Source of the DNA: Eledone cirrhosa | Taxonomy: Eukaryota | Reading direction: 5' to 3' | Length of the DNA: 64,000 nt | NCBI GenBank assembly: GCA_964016885.1 | Contig: OZ024740.1 | Coordinates: 284,704,001 to 284,768,000 of the forward strand | In this document: positions 63,601-64,000 of the stretch, in pieces | How positions within the stretch are numbered: the first letter of the stretch is position 1 | Layout of the letters: every line of letters starts with the position of its first letter | Program-made: the position numbers and the translations under genes | The notes under the pieces: generated by a model | Told to the model about the DNA's origin: nothing | Databases searched by the model: none | Seen by the model: only the letters and a program-made list of their open reading frames with translations

Positions 63601-64000
63601 GTCGATAGCTGTATAACAAAGTGCAGGGCAATAAAGATAGACGGTAGCCACGGAATAGGCAGACCTAGAAAAACCTGGGACGAGCTGATAAACTCCGACC
63701 TCACACACACCTCTCCAAGACAATGTCACTGGACCGAGACCTTTGGCGGTACTCGGTAACAGAGAAGACCCGCCTTACCTAAATACATAGTAAAACCTAC
63801 TACAGCCAGTAGGCATCTCTAACAAAATACCCCCCTCCCCATCCACACCACCCCGTTCTATGTAAAGTTATGTTGGTGCCACACCATCCAGGCTGAAACA
63901 AATGAGATCGTGTAGGTGTCACGACAAAAAAACACACAGTCCACGCTGTAATGTGGCCGTGTAGGCAACACGGTAAAAACCTCCCAGACCCACACTGTAA
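60670..64000 (+). mobile_element. RTE family A, near full-length and probably inactive (runs off the window end)
   Basis: ORF open to 63759. ACG where the twin copies have ATG; GDLN>GDRN in the APE motif; 4-bp deletion near 63705; 28-nt insertion at 63777-63804. Confidence 0.95.

Overview
This is eukaryotic (animal) genomic DNA. The SINE and LINE repertoire suggests an octopus-like cephalopod, which is an inference. The only host coding sequence found is two minus-strand exons of a VAP (VAPA/VAPB, MSP-domain) gene at 45109-45261 and 44830-44936, so the rest of the window is probably intronic. Bases 1-38.7 kb are a retroelement nest in which about 16 kb of irregular, strand-polarised (TA)nTG microsatellite is interleaved with young RTE-clade LINEs of two families (A and B). 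Both families encode APE + RT with an embedded C4HC3 PHD-like finger and end in (GAT)n tails. The nest also holds a tRNA/CORE SINE whose tail matches RTE family B, a CR1-group 3' fragment, a perfect 391-bp palindrome, and a 474-bp tandem repeat carrying a minimal type-I hammerhead ribozyme in each unit (Penelope pLTR / retrozyme-like). A two-tailed head-to-head RTE pair (31.05-37.74 kb) is duplicated in inverted orientation at the window start with an identical microsatellite spacer. Bases 39-64 kb are ordinary intron with old RTE, Tc1, Tc2-like MITE and SINE relics and one more young RTE-A copy. All Ile/Tyr-rich ORFs in the track are microsatellite artefacts.
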